From: an uncultured Prevotella sp.
Lineage (GTDB): Bacteria > Bacteroidota > Bacteroidia > Bacteroidales > Bacteroidaceae
Reading direction: 5' to 3'
Assembly: GCA_937906495.1 (NCBI GenBank)
Contig: CALCVT010000140.1
Span: forward strand, 7,664 to 71,663
Length of the DNA: 64,000 nt
Shown: one piece after another, positions 33,141 through 43,900 of the stretch
How the letters are laid out: the number at the start of each line of letters is the position of its first letter
Position numbering within the stretch: the first letter of the stretch is position 1
The notes under the pieces: generated by a model
What the model saw: only the letters and a program-made list of their open reading frames with translations
Told to the model about the DNA's origin: nothing
Databases searched by the model: none
Program-made: the position numbers and the translations under genes

Positions 33141-33222
33141 TACCCAGAGCCGGGGTCGAACCGGCACGGGTTTCCCCACTGGTGTTTGAGACCAGCGCGT
33201 CTACCGATTCCGCCATCTGGGC
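33141..33222 (-). tRNA. tRNA-Leu (anticodon CAA)
   Basis: The reverse complement GCCCAGATGGCGGAATCGGTAGACGCGCTGGTCTCAAACACCAGTGGGGAAACCCGTGCCGGTTCGACCCCGGCTCTGGGTA folds as a class II tRNA: 7-bp acceptor stem, anticodon loop CTCAAAC, long variable arm, GGTTCGA T-loop. There is no encoded CCA. Confidence 0.9.
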
Positions 33223-33258
33223 TGCTCGCGTCACCCTCTAAAGGGACTTAAAGCGGTG

Positions 33259-33266
33259 CAAAGATA
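33259..33266 (-). promoter_or_regulatory. -7 promoter box for tRNA-Leu
   Basis: The minus strand reads TATCTTTG, 37 nt upstream of the mature tRNA 5' end. Confidence 0.4.
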
Positions 33267-33389
33267 AGGATATTTCTGTTTCGAACCAAATTATTTGATG
33301 ATTTTTTTAGTCTAAAAATAATATTAAGACCTTAATCGAATAGATTATATGGGGTATGCAGGCAACTAATGCACTGTATAAACCATATA

Positions 33390-33426
33390 CGGTGGATACG
33401 CGAAGTTGCTTTTCGCGTATCCACCG
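33390..33426 (-). terminator. 15-bp perfect hairpin downstream of the beta-barrel gene
   Basis: CGGTGGATACGCGAA-GTTGCTT-TTCGCGTATCCACCG, 57 nt after the stop at 33483. The U-tract is weak. Confidence 0.45.
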
Positions 33427-33482
33427 TTCATCATACTGCACCTTTATGGCAGCACTGCATGGGGTTGATACTTGCTGGAGTA

Positions 33483-34100
33483 TTAGAACATGTAACTCAA
33501 GCCAATGATGAAGTTAGAGTTGTGGCAAGAGCTGTTTTCCCAAACTTTTGAGAATCCATACTCGTAGCCCAAACCGATTTGGAAACCGCTGGCTTCAACA
33601 CCTAAACGGAGTCCCCAGCCGCCATCGAAGGTCTGAGCACCATCATCGCCAAAGAAATCGTGCTTTACACTGCCTCCGCCTATTGCTGTGTTTACTTCTA
33701 CCTTCTCCTTACCGCATACGCCGAAGGCAAAGTAAGGACCGGTTTCACCAAAAATAGACACGTTGTTGCCTAGGTTAAAGCGGTAACCAATGTTCAAGGG
33801 AATTTCGAGATAGCCGGGGTTCATTTTTACCTTGCCTTCTACGCCTTCAAATTCGGCGTCGGCTTCGCATCCCTTTTGCGTAAACTGCAGACCGAAGTTG
33901 GTGTACAGGTTGTTGGTAAAGTTATACTCTCCACGTACACCGGCATGGAAACCAATGCGACAATCGCTATTATTGTCGGTTATTTTGGGTACGTTCATTC
34001 CTGCCGTTACACCAAAACGAAATTCGCCTGCCTGCTGTGCTGAGGCTGTCAAAGCGCCGCAAGCCATAAGTGCGGCCATACAGAGTGATTTTACTTTCAT
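33483..34100 (-). CDS. Small outer membrane beta-barrel (porin family, OMP_b-brl_2-like) protein
   Basis: Start chosen at MKVKSLCMAALMACGALTASAQQ. Shows alternating amphipathic beta-strand pattern and a C-terminal GLSYMF. Confidence 0.7.
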   Translation of the reverse strand: MKVKSLCMAALMACGALTASAQQAGEFRFGVTAGMNVPKITDNNSDCRIGFHAGVRGEYNFTNNLYTNFGLQFTQKGCEADAEFEGVEGKVKMNPGYLEIPLNIGYRFNLGNNVSIFGETGPYFAFGVCGKEKVEVNTAIGGGSVKHDFFGDDGAQTFDGGWGLRLGVEASGFQIGLGYEYGFSKVWENSSCHNSNFIIGLSYMF

Positions 34101-34386
34101 CGTTTCTTTCGTTTTTATCAAGGCACGTTGGGGCCTTGTGGGTTATTAAGGATGCAGCAAAAGTATAACAGAACGCTATTTCTAACAAACATTTCGGTGA
34201 AATGTAACAAAGAATAGGTATTTAAAACGAACGATTAGATAATTTCCTATAAATTCAGTTCCTAATTGGGGTAATTAACCACGCTTAAGGGCATATATGA
34301 AGGCCATGTTGATTGGTATACATGGAGTGTTGAAAACTTCATAGGGCTTTACTGCTGGAACAGAGGCGGGAGAATATGTACCACTG

Positions 34387-34433
34387 AAAAATAAAAAGCG
34401 TCCGGCCACAGTTTATGAACCATGGTCCGGACG
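34387..34433 (-). terminator. Rho-independent terminator of the GH130-GH92 operon
   Basis: CGTCCGG / CCGGACG stem followed on the minus strand by CTTTTTATTTTT, about 60 nt after the GH92 stop. Confidence 0.6.
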
Positions 34434-34492
34434 TTTGTTGATTACTGACTACACAGCATACCTATTACGCTGGCAGCTGTGGCTGAGTTGGT

Positions 34493-36736
34493 TTACTTTT
34501 GGAATTCTACACGCATTACCCCTGCATTAACCAGGTCGTTGTGTTCAATAATGCTGCCCTTGAGAGGTTTGCCGCCTAAAGTTACACGCTTGATGTAGGC
34601 TGTTGAACCGGTAGCACCGGGGGCCTCGATAACCAGCTGCTTCTGCTTGTAATAACCTGGCTGGAGGTCGATGGTTACCTTGTCGAATACGGGGGCGGTA
34701 AGGATATAGGTTGGATCGCCCGGGCAATTGGGATAGAAGCCCATCATCGAGAAGATGGCCCAAGCCGACATGGTGCCGGTATCTTCGTTGCCAGGAATAC
34801 CGTTGGGTTGGTTGGTAAAGTGCTTGGCCAAAAGTTCACGTGTAAGTTTCTGGGTACGCCACTCCTCGCCCTTGAAGTATGAGAAGAGGTAGGGATAGGC
34901 TATGTCGGGTTCGTTGGCTGGGTCATAAAGTCCCTTATCAAAAACCATTTGCAATTTATCGACAAATGGCTTACGTCCGCCCATGAGTTTAGCTAACCCG
35001 GGAATATCGTGAGGCACATAGAAGGTGTAATTCCAGGCATTTCCTTCATGGAAGCCGGGCGAAGGCTCAAAGTTTTCGCCCTGGCGGGGATTGAAGGGGG
35101 TGACGAACTTGCCGTTGGGCAGAATGGGGCGCAGGGTGCCGTATTCCTTGCTGTAATACTGCTTGTAGCCCAATGAGCGTTCTTTGTAGCGCTTGGCATC
35201 GGCCGTTTTGCCCAAGGCCTGAGCCATGCGGCTGAGTGCATGGTCGGCAATGTAGTATTCAAGCGCATGGCTCACAGAGTTGTCGAACTCACTGCGCAAA
35301 GGCACGTAGCCAAACTTGAGGTAGTCGTCGTTATCAGGACGCAGTTTGTTGTCTTTACCCGGGGTGTCGGCACCTTTACACATAGCCTCGTAAGCCAGGT
35401 TCACGTCAAAACTGCGCAGGCCCTTCAGCCACGAATCAACAATTACAGGAATACTGGGGTCGCCCTCCATGGTGTAAGTTTCGCGACCGTAAAGTTCCCA
35501 CTTGGGCAGCCACCCATGCTCTTTGTACATGCCTATCATGGTGTTGAGCATATCTTTTTGGCGCTCGGGATAAACAAGTGTTAGGAGCTGATGCACATTG
35601 CGGTAGGTGTCCCACAGGCTGAATACGGTATAGCGGTTTCCATGTGCGGTAAGTATCTTGTCGCTCTCCATGGCTGGATACTGTCCGTTCACATCCTGCA
35701 GAATGTTGGGATGTATAAGCAGATGATAAAGCCCGGTATAGAACACCCGGCGCTGCTCGTCGGTACCTCCTTCAACGCGGATGCGACCCAGGTTTTCGTT
35801 CCATTGCTGGCGAGCCTCAGCCCGCAATTGGTCAAAATGCTTGCCGGCTTGTTCTTTTTCCAAATTTTCGCGGGCATTTTCAATGCTTACAAAACTGACT
35901 CCCATACGCACCTCTACCTGCTCTCCTTCTGCAGCATCGAAACTGAACCAGGCGCCAATGTCATCGCCGCTCATTTCTTTGCGGTAATGCGTATAGAGTT
36001 TGTATTTGTTGTTGTCGGGATCCCACTCAGCTTCGACACCGGTTTTAGGACGCTGAAACTTCCAGTAACCCGAGGCGGCACTCTTTTTTTCTACACGCAT
36101 TACAAAGTAGATTGGAAAGACTGCCTGGCGGGCATCGTAGCAGAATGTGCCGAGCAACTTGCTACCTTCAACTTCGTTGGGAGCGGTCAGGCGCATGGTT
36201 GCACCACTCTCGTTGGTCAGGCCTTCGCCCAAATTGAGCAAGATGTGTCCTTTTCCCTTAGGAAAAGTAAAGCGGGCCATACTTGTACGCGGAGTGGCTG
36301 TAACCTCGGTCAGTATGTTGTATTTTGTCAGACGATTGGAATAGTAACCGGGTGTAGCAACCTCGTTAGTATAGGTAGAACCATACTGACGGTAATCTAC
36401 ACAAATTTCGTCGGCCACGGTGGGCATGAGCAGCAATGAGCCAAGGTCGGGACATCCCACGCCACTCAAGTTGACGTGCGAATAGCCTGTAAAGTAAGAA
36501 TTGGTGTTTTCGTATGGCGTGCTCCACCAGCGTTTGTCCTTGTCGTAAACATTTAAGTCTGAACCCATCACGTTGAAGGGCACTGCGCTCATCATGCCGC
36601 TCGGACATACTGCACCGGGATTACATGTTCCAAAATTAGTGGTACCTATAAAGGGGTTGACATAGTCGGCCGGCTCTTGTGCCGATGCCCACCCTGCTAA
36701 AAAGATACTCAATATGGAAAGAAGTACTTTTTTCAT
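34493..36736 (-). CDS. GH92 alpha-mannosidase
   Basis: Start chosen at MKKVLLSILSIFLAGWASAQ. The N-terminus VNPFIGTTNFGTCNPGAVCPSGMM and the overall ~750 aa layout are typical of GH92. Confidence 0.9.
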   Translation of the reverse strand: MKKVLLSILSIFLAGWASAQEPADYVNPFIGTTNFGTCNPGAVCPSGMMSAVPFNVMGSDLNVYDKDKRWWSTPYENTNSYFTGYSHVNLSGVGCPDLGSLLLMPTVADEICVDYRQYGSTYTNEVATPGYYSNRLTKYNILTEVTATPRTSMARFTFPKGKGHILLNLGEGLTNESGATMRLTAPNEVEGSKLLGTFCYDARQAVFPIYFVMRVEKKSAASGYWKFQRPKTGVEAEWDPDNNKYKLYTHYRKEMSGDDIGAWFSFDAAEGEQVEVRMGVSFVSIENARENLEKEQAGKHFDQLRAEARQQWNENLGRIRVEGGTDEQRRVFYTGLYHLLIHPNILQDVNGQYPAMESDKILTAHGNRYTVFSLWDTYRNVHQLLTLVYPERQKDMLNTMIGMYKEHGWLPKWELYGRETYTMEGDPSIPVIVDSWLKGLRSFDVNLAYEAMCKGADTPGKDNKLRPDNDDYLKFGYVPLRSEFDNSVSHALEYYIADHALSRMAQALGKTADAKRYKERSLGYKQYYSKEYGTLRPILPNGKFVTPFNPRQGENFEPSPGFHEGNAWNYTFYVPHDIPGLAKLMGGRKPFVDKLQMVFDKGLYDPANEPDIAYPYLFSYFKGEEWRTQKLTRELLAKHFTNQPNGIPGNEDTGTMSAWAIFSMMGFYPNCPGDPTYILTAPVFDKVTIDLQPGYYKQKQLVIEAPGATGSTAYIKRVTLGGKPLKGSIIEHNDLVNAGVMRVEFQK

Positions 36737-36835
36737 CAGGATTATTTGCAAAGGAAGGGGATTTCAAGAAAAACTCCAGCGACGGAGAGCCTACCGGGGC
36801 AGGCTTCTCTGGTGCCGGAGAGCGTCGCGCTAATC

Positions 36836-37789
36836 TTACTGACGCTTGAGGAATTCGATAATCTCGCTGATACGGCCAAATGCCATACCTACTACAGTAT
36901 CGGCTGCGCCATAATAAACAGCAACCTTGTCGCCCTCGGTCAATGCTGCGCAGGGGAATACTACGTTGGGCACATCGCCTTGCAACTCATAGGGGGCTGC
37001 AGGTGCAAGCAGATACTCCATCGACCGGTAAAGCACTTTTGAGGGATCGTCCTTATCGAGCAGAGCTGCACCCATTGAGTAACGATAACCGTTGCAAGTG
37101 GTAATTACGCCGTGATAGAAGAGCAGCCAACCCTCGTCGGTAAGGATGGGCACACTGCCGGCACCAATCTTGGTGCACTGCCAGGCGCTCTGCTCAAACG
37201 GAACAGCCTTCATTACGCTGCGGTGTTCGCCCCAATACTTCATATCGGGCGAATAGCTGATGTAAATGTCGCCAAAGGGGGTATGGCCGTTATCGCTTGG
37301 ACGCGAAAGCATGGCGTAACGTCCACCTATCTTCTGCGGGAAAAGCACACCGTTGCGATTAAAGGGCAGGAAGGCGTTTTCGCACTGATAGAAGGTTTTG
37401 AAGTCGAATGTATAGCCAATGCCGATGGTAGGTCCGTGGTATCCATTGCACCAGGTTATCCAATAACGGTCTTCAATCCATGTTACACGGGGGTCGTACT
37501 TGTAGTCCGACTCAATCATGTCGGTGTTACCTGCTTCAAACTGGATGGGCTCGTGGTTGATTTCCCAATGAATACCATCCTTGCTGAAACCTGCAAAAAT
37601 GTTCATCTGTACGCGGCGGTTGTCGCAACGGAACACACCGGCATAGCCGTCGCCGAAGGGAACTACGGCACTATTGAAAATACTGTTGGAGGTGGGAATG
37701 TCATAACGTCCAATAACCGGGTTTTCGCTGTAACGCCACATCACATCGGTGCAGCCGGCCGGTCGTTCTTGCCAAGGAATGCTTTGCAT
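36836..37789 (-). CDS. GH130 glycoside phosphorylase (beta-1,4-mannosyl-N-acetylglucosamine phosphorylase-like)
   Basis: 317 aa. [28 protein letters not shown]...FNSAVVPF...GVFRCD and five-bladed propeller-like repeats typical of the GH130 enzymes found in Bacteroides N-glycan loci. Confidence 0.8.
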   Translation of the reverse strand: MQSIPWQERPAGCTDVMWRYSENPVIGRYDIPTSNSIFNSAVVPFGDGYAGVFRCDNRRVQMNIFAGFSKDGIHWEINHEPIQFEAGNTDMIESDYKYDPRVTWIEDRYWITWCNGYHGPTIGIGYTFDFKTFYQCENAFLPFNRNGVLFPQKIGGRYAMLSRPSDNGHTPFGDIYISYSPDMKYWGEHRSVMKAVPFEQSAWQCTKIGAGSVPILTDEGWLLFYHGVITTCNGYRYSMGAALLDKDDPSKVLYRSMEYLLAPAAPYELQGDVPNVVFPCAALTEGDKVAVYYGAADTVVGMAFGRISEIIEFLKRQ

Positions 37790-37896
37790 AATTCAGTGTT
37801 TTGAATAGTTTGTTAAGGGCACTTTCTACACGCGGCTTACCTTTTGGCCTATGAGCTGCGAGGAAAGGGGAATAATGCCCGATTTAATTTTCGGAA

Positions 37897-37904
37897 CAAA
37901 GTTA
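37897..37904 (-). promoter_or_regulatory. Candidate -7 box for GH130-GH92 operon
   Basis: The minus strand reads TAACTTTG, about 108 nt upstream of the GH130 ATG. Confidence 0.35.
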
Positions 37905-38433
37905 CTATAAACTACAGACTATAGAAAACAAATGCGCCTTTTTTCGTTCTTTTATAGGCTTTGTGGGTATAACTTGGGGCTAATGCTTATACTGCCAAAC
38001 TGCAACGGCTGCTCTTTCGAACAGAGGTTACTTTATAAGGGCGCTATTAAAGATGTCTAAAAACTACAATAGCTCTATAATTGCACCCGTTTATTGCAAC
38101 ACTGCACAGTGGAACTGCTTGATTATTTTATTACTTGCCGTAATTACGCATACATAAGCATGACTTTTTATTATTTGGAGTATAGCTACCGTAACCTGCC
38201 TATTGCACCGACATTATACGACTGGTATTTTGAAACTTTGACGGGAGTTACATAACGGATTCTGGCAAAATAAATACTTATGCCGCAATCGTTTTTTCTA
38301 AAAGTCCGACATAAAATATTTAACTCCCCAATCAAATTATAACCGCCTGGCGTAGGAAAAACTTACTTCAACTAGATAAAAATGACTCTCTCCGCAATCA
38401 ATTTTTAATGTAGGATTTGAGGTAAAACATATA

Positions 38434-38504
38434 AATAACGAATCAGGGAGAGTTCGTTATTAGATAAAAGAAGGACGGAACACTGATTAGAGTATTCCGT
38501 CCTT
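38434..38504 (-). terminator. Two tandem hairpins downstream of gyrB
   Basis: AAGGACGGAA...TTCCGTCCTT (38471-38504), followed on the minus strand by CTTTTAT. Then AATAACGAA...TTCGTTATT (38434-38461). Confidence 0.55.
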
Positions 38505-38566
38505 TAAGTTTTATAAGGGCTTATGTCACTTACTATGCCCAACATCGTGTATTACGATGCTACCTA

Positions 38567-40525
38567 TCAGGCATCAATATTAGCATAGAGTGCATTTTTC
38601 TCAATAAAGTCACGACGCGGACCCACATCATCACCCATAAGCATGGAGAATACGTAATCGGCATCGGCAGCATTCTCGAGTGACACCTGCTTGAGCAAAC
38701 GCGTTTCGGGGCACATGGTAGTTTCCCAAAGCTGATCGGGGTTCATCTCACCCAAACCTTTATAGCGCTGTGTCTTGATGCTTCCTTCAGAACCATCTCC
38801 GTACTTATCCATAAATATCTGACGGTCACGGTCGGTATAGCAATACTCTTGAATCTTGCCTTTGGTGCAACGATAAAGGGGCGGCATGGCTATATAGAGG
38901 TAACCATCTTGAATAATTTGGGGCATATAGCGATAAAAGAGGGTCATAATGAGCGTAGCAATGTGCTGTCCATCGACATCGGCATCGGCCATAATAATGA
39001 CTTTGTGGTAACGCAGTTTGTCGAGGTTGGCTTCTTTGGAGTCTTCGCCCAATCCAAAGCGGATACCGAGAGCCTGAATGATATTATTGACTTCATCGCT
39101 TTCGAAGGCTTTGTGCCACATGGCTTTTTCAACGTTCAGAATTTTACCGCGCAGTGGTAATATTGCCTGGGTGGCACGGCTACGTCCCTGCTTGGCCGAA
39201 CCGCCTGCCGAGTCACCCTCGACAAGAAAGAGTTCGCATTCAACAGGATTCTTGGAGGAGCAGTCGGACAATTTTCCGGGTAATCCACCACCCGAAAACG
39301 GACTTTTGCGCTGCACACTTTCGCGTGCCTTGCGTGCGGCTACACGGGCTGTCGCAGCAAGAATTACTTTGTCGACAATAAGCTTGGCCTCCTTGGGGTG
39401 CTCCTCAAGATAGTAGGTCAGCGCCTCACCAACAGCTTGGTTCACAGCGCCGGCCACCTCCGTATTACCGAGTTTTGTTTTGGTCTGTCCCTCAAATTGA
39501 GGCTCAGCCACCTTAACCGAGATAACAGCAGTGAGTCCTTCGCGGAAGTCCTCGCCAGCGATTTCAACCTTCGCCTTTTCGAGTTGTTTGGCTGCAGTTT
39601 CTTCGGCATACTTCTTGAGCACACGCGTTACGGCCGACCGGAATCCTACTAAATGCGTACCACCCTCAATGGTGTTGATATTGTTGACGTAAGAATGGAG
39701 GTTCTCGCTATACGAAGTGTTGTACATCACAGCGACCTCAATAGGTATACCATTCTTTTCGGTATCAATATAAATAACATCGTCAAAGAGATGTGTGCGC
39801 GAAGAGTCAATGTAACGCACAAACTCTCGGAGTCCTAATTCGGAATGAAATACATCCTGGCGGATGTTTCCCTCCTCATCTTTACGCAAATCAGTAAGTT
39901 TGATGGTGATGCCGGCATTCAGATAGGCCAATTCGCGCATGCGGTTGGCCAAAATGTCGTACTTGTAGATGGTGGTGGTAAAGATTGATGCATCGGGCCA
40001 GAACTGCTGACGTGTTCCACGCTCTTGAGTGGTTCCTACAACCTCTACAGGCTTAAGGGGGTGGCCTTTAGCATATTCCTGGCGATAGATTTTTCCATCG
40101 CGGAATACTTGCGAAACCATGCGGCTGGATAAGGCATTTACACAGCTGACACCTACACCATGCAAACCTCCAGACACTTTGTACGATCCTTTGTCGAATT
40201 TACCTCCGGCATGAAGCACTGTCATAACTACCTCTAAGGCTGAACGATGCTCCTTAGGATGCATATCGACGGGGATGCCTCGTCCGTTGTCCTGAACAAC
40301 AATGGAGTTGTCCTCGCAAATGGTTACTTCAATGTGAGTACAGAAACCGGCCAAAGCCTCATCGATAGAGTTGTCCACAGTCTCGTAAACGAGGTGGTGC
40401 AAACCCTTCTCGCTGATATCACCTATATACATGGCGGGGCGCTTACGCACGGCTTCAAGTCCCTCGAGCACTTGAATATTACTGGCACTATAATCCGTGG
40501 CGCCTTGCTTATCCATTTCTTCCAT
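38567..40525 (-). CDS. gyrB: DNA gyrase subunit B
   Basis: 652 aa with YSASNIQVLEGLEAVRKRPAMYIG, a GHKL ATPase fold, the Toprim motif EGDSAGGSAKQGR, and PLRGKILNVEKA. Confidence 0.97.
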   Translation of the reverse strand: MEEMDKQGATDYSASNIQVLEGLEAVRKRPAMYIGDISEKGLHHLVYETVDNSIDEALAGFCTHIEVTICEDNSIVVQDNGRGIPVDMHPKEHRSALEVVMTVLHAGGKFDKGSYKVSGGLHGVGVSCVNALSSRMVSQVFRDGKIYRQEYAKGHPLKPVEVVGTTQERGTRQQFWPDASIFTTTIYKYDILANRMRELAYLNAGITIKLTDLRKDEEGNIRQDVFHSELGLREFVRYIDSSRTHLFDDVIYIDTEKNGIPIEVAVMYNTSYSENLHSYVNNINTIEGGTHLVGFRSAVTRVLKKYAEETAAKQLEKAKVEIAGEDFREGLTAVISVKVAEPQFEGQTKTKLGNTEVAGAVNQAVGEALTYYLEEHPKEAKLIVDKVILAATARVAARKARESVQRKSPFSGGGLPGKLSDCSSKNPVECELFLVEGDSAGGSAKQGRSRATQAILPLRGKILNVEKAMWHKAFESDEVNNIIQALGIRFGLGEDSKEANLDKLRYHKVIIMADADVDGQHIATLIMTLFYRYMPQIIQDGYLYIAMPPLYRCTKGKIQEYCYTDRDRQIFMDKYGDGSEGSIKTQRYKGLGEMNPDQLWETTMCPETRLLKQVSLENAADADYVFSMLMGDDVGPRRDFIEKNALYANIDA

Positions 40526-40583
40526 TATTATATTGAATAGTTTTCTTTGCTATACAGTTTATCGTCTATGTTGTTATAGTGAG

Positions 40584-40591
40584 CAAAGATA
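40584..40591 (-). promoter_or_regulatory. -7 promoter box for gyrB
   Basis: The minus strand reads TATCTTTG, about 59 nt upstream of the gyrB ATG. Confidence 0.45.
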
Positions 40592-40625
40592 CTCATTTTT
40601 TACGAGAATAACGGCTCTCTGCAGC

Positions 40626-40655
40626 CAAAAAAAACTCTTGTCCGAAATACGGACA
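40626..40655 (-). terminator. Second minus-strand terminator, just upstream of the gyrB promoter
   Basis: TTGTCCG-AAATA-CGGACAA, followed on the minus strand by GAG and a run of eight T. Confidence 0.5.
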
Positions 40656-40871
40656 ACCATGGTGACTGTAACGGGCTGACAGGCGTTAAAAAGGAGCCTT
40701 AGCAGTACATCATGGTCGCTATATATTGCGGTATCTGCGGCTTTGGATGTTGTGTGTAACCGCTGTATACCCTAACGCTCCCTCAAAAAAGCACGTCATG
40801 GCCATGAAATGAAAAATTCGGCTCCTTCCGGGAAGGCGTACTCCCGAACTAATTGCCCGGGTAACTATATA

Positions 40872-40927
40872 CAAAAAGGCGGAAGCCTAAGTGTACAGTT
40901 TTGTTGGCTGCACATTTGGCTTCCGCC
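40872..40927 (-). terminator. Rho-independent terminator of the 1090-aa T9SS cargo gene
   Basis: GGCGGAAGCC...GGCTTCCGCC (10 bp, 30-nt loop), followed on the minus strand by TTTTTG, 50 nt after the stop. Confidence 0.55.
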
Positions 40928-40976
40928 CAATCATTGATATTGTTTTCAGCCTAAATAAGAGGCCTCAACAAGTGCT

Positions 40977-43900
40977 TTATGAAATAACGAACTTAGATGC
41001 TACAGGCTTACCATTTACAACTGCACGTACAACATATACACCAGTTGCATATCCTGCTACATTAAGTTGCTTGGCCTGTTGCTTGCTTGCAACGAGTGCA
41101 CCAGCTGCATCGAATACTTCAACCTTGTCGCAAACTACATTGAAGATGACATCGTTGCCAACCTGGTTGATGCTGAAACCGCTTGTACCCATGTTGAGCG
41201 TACCTTCGATACCGTCAATCTTAGTGTAAGAGAAGGCAGTGTACGGAGTCATTTCGCTGCGTCCGGTCAACTTATCGCTAATCGTTTCTACCTCTTCGCC
41301 CTTATTGGTCTTATAGATAGCAGTGCGGTTGTCCTCTTCGTTGGTACCATTGTTGCAGAACTGCCACTCCGGACCCTCAGTCTTTTGATTTGCAGGCGAA
41401 TACAAGCGTTCGTACTTGAACAAGAGGTTTCCACCATTGTAAGTGTAGGATTCTTTGAAGGGGATGTACACTTTCACATCGTCGGCAATTTGGTCAATTG
41501 TGATAGGACCTTCATAAACAACCTTCCACTTATCGTTTTGAACAAGGTAAACATTCCAATCTTCATCGTGATCGAACTTGTTCATGTCGGTAGACTGGAT
41601 AGAGATGCGCACATCGGCTTCAACCATAGCCATGGTCGAACTATTGTTGTACACAAACTGAACACCGGTCAAATCAACACCTTTTTGTGCAAGCTCACGG
41701 TCAAGATAGATACACTGGTTCTGGCAGTAGTTAAAGTTAAAGTAGAACGGCAATGCCCAGCCATAATGGTTGTAAGTGTTAACGGTAAACATCTTGTCGG
41801 CACTTTCTTCGGCAACAGTTACCGTAATCGGCTCGGTACCCTTGTTGTCGGCAGGATAAGTATCGCCATCAAGTTCTACACGGGTTGTCAGTTCAATATC
41901 TCCAACCTCAGAGGGAGTCCAAGTTAACGTAGCTACTTTGGTCTTGCCTACACCGATTTCTTCGCCATCAACCTGAGCAAGTACTTCATCGGTATCAGCA
42001 TTGAGCAAGTAAACCTTATAACCAGTTACGGGCGACTTACCTTCGTTACCCACTTCAACACTGGCTGCAAGGGGAGTATTGCAGTTTGCGGTAGTGCTGA
42101 CATTAAAGTTAACTACGCTGACGTCCTTATCGCTATACTCGCGGATGCTGATATCGCTCAGGTAGAGAATACCTCTATCGGGTTCTGACCAGCACTGGAA
42201 GCCTACATAGCCTTCGTTACCCTTTGCCGTAAATACAGCTCTATCCTTTGCGTTTTCGGTAGTCAGTACGTGAATTTCCTCGTGCGACTTGATAACCTGC
42301 AAATTGTTACCCGGCTTGTTGGTTTCGCCATAGTATACAGCCAAGCGTTCGTTAATGGGCGCGAGCGTTCCTTCTTCAATCCAGTGAGCATCGTTGTAAG
42401 CATAGCGCACCTGATATTGCTTGCCGGCCTCCATTTTGAGTTTCGGAGTAAAGAGGTAGTCGTCGGCCTCATTGGCGCAATATTCATACTGCGTGAAGGT
42501 GTAAGGATTGAACTTCCAGCTTGTTCCGTCATTGTTGTTGTCAACAACTGTCCAAACATCAAAGTCCTCCTGCGTACGCAGCGAGTTGATGAAGGGAATT
42601 TCGCAAGCATTACCAAAGGCTACGGTATTCGACTTGGCTTTACCACCAACACCATCGGCATTCTTGGCTGTTACCTCATAATAGTAACCCTTCAAATCAG
42701 ATACCTTATCAGTAAGGGTTGTAGCTGCAAGATCTGTAGCTACTTTTACCTGGTCGGGGAAACGTACTACGTCGTATTTGAGCGTAGAAACATCAATCCA
42801 TCCACCATCTACACCAACAGTAGGAGCTGTCCATTGCAATTTTGCTTCGGTTCCCTTAGCTGTAAGAAGCAAACCCTGAGGAGCTGCAGGCACATCATGA
42901 CCTACAAACACTTGCTTCTCCTTATAGATACCTGCACCTGCTGCATTGTAAGGCTGTACACGGTAGATGTGCTTACCCTGAGGAGCATTTTCGTCGGTAT
43001 AAGTACCCTTACCGCCAGGAGTCATACCGGTAATCTTGCCAATCGACTGACCATCGCGGAAAACTTCAACGCCCTGCAGTTCACTCAAGTTCTCGAGCAT
43101 GTATGTTTTCGATGGATTCGTCCATGAAATCTGAACCTTGTTTGCACCCTTTGCACCCGGCTCTACACTGAACTCGCTCACCATTGTCGGTGCTGCAGCA
43201 GCTGCTACCTGATAAGGAGCATTCAAACCTACAATCTGAGCATCGGTAGGTATTTTCTCCATGGTGATAAGGTCGCCAGTCTTAGTATCAAGCTCTACAT
43301 ACTCGGCATGACCACGGCCACCGCCATCAGACACCTGTGCCCACCAGAACATGCGGTGAGTAGTCTTGTCGATTTCCATATCTTGGTATGCTGCAACTGC
43401 TTCGATACCAATTTCAGGATTCAGAACCTCCAACTTAACTTCGGTATCAGGAGCATTGCCATCGGACTTGATATCCGAAATCTTGAAGCGCACGAGTTTG
43501 GTATCGTCCTTAGTCTCAGTACGGGCAATGGCATAGATATAGCCGTTGTCGATTGAGAAGGTGTACATCAACTCGTCAAAGAAGGTTGCAATCTTCTCAT
43601 ACTTTGAAGGATTCTTGGGGTCGATGCGGAATATATTTGAAAACGCGGGCTCCGTCATAAAGTCGTACGACAAAGCATAAAGATAGCCCGAAACCGGATC
43701 GTAAGCCAAGTCTGACATTACCTCTTGAACCTCAGCCAGCTGTGTCAAGTCGCCGGTAATGGGGTCAATCTCGCAAATGTGCGTGGGAGGGAACGGATAG
43801 CCCGGAATCTGAGGATTCGACGACATGGTATAACCATAGAGTTTGTCGCCTACGTATGTAGCAGCACCTACATATTTAAAGCCATCGCCTTCAGCCGCAT

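Noticed and set aside
37805-38566. RNase P RNA, tmRNA, SRP RNA or 6S RNA hidden in the ORF-free spacer.
   Set aside because: The hallmark strings I know were not seen on either strand: GAGGAAAGUCCGGGC-type P4 for RNase P, a GGGGCUGA 5' end plus an Ala-rich tag frame for tmRNA, and the GGAAGCAGCC-type domain IV for SRP. Only a covariance-model search could settle this. The region is kept as a finding of unknown nature.
40711-40758. A 15-codon Cys-rich mini-ORF (MVAIYCGICGFGCCV) between the T9SS gene terminator and the gyrB promoter, superficially RiPP-like.
   Set aside because: There is no promoter box upstream and no modification, transport or immunity genes nearby. It sits between two minus-strand terminators on the opposite strand. 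Such a short ORF is expected by chance.
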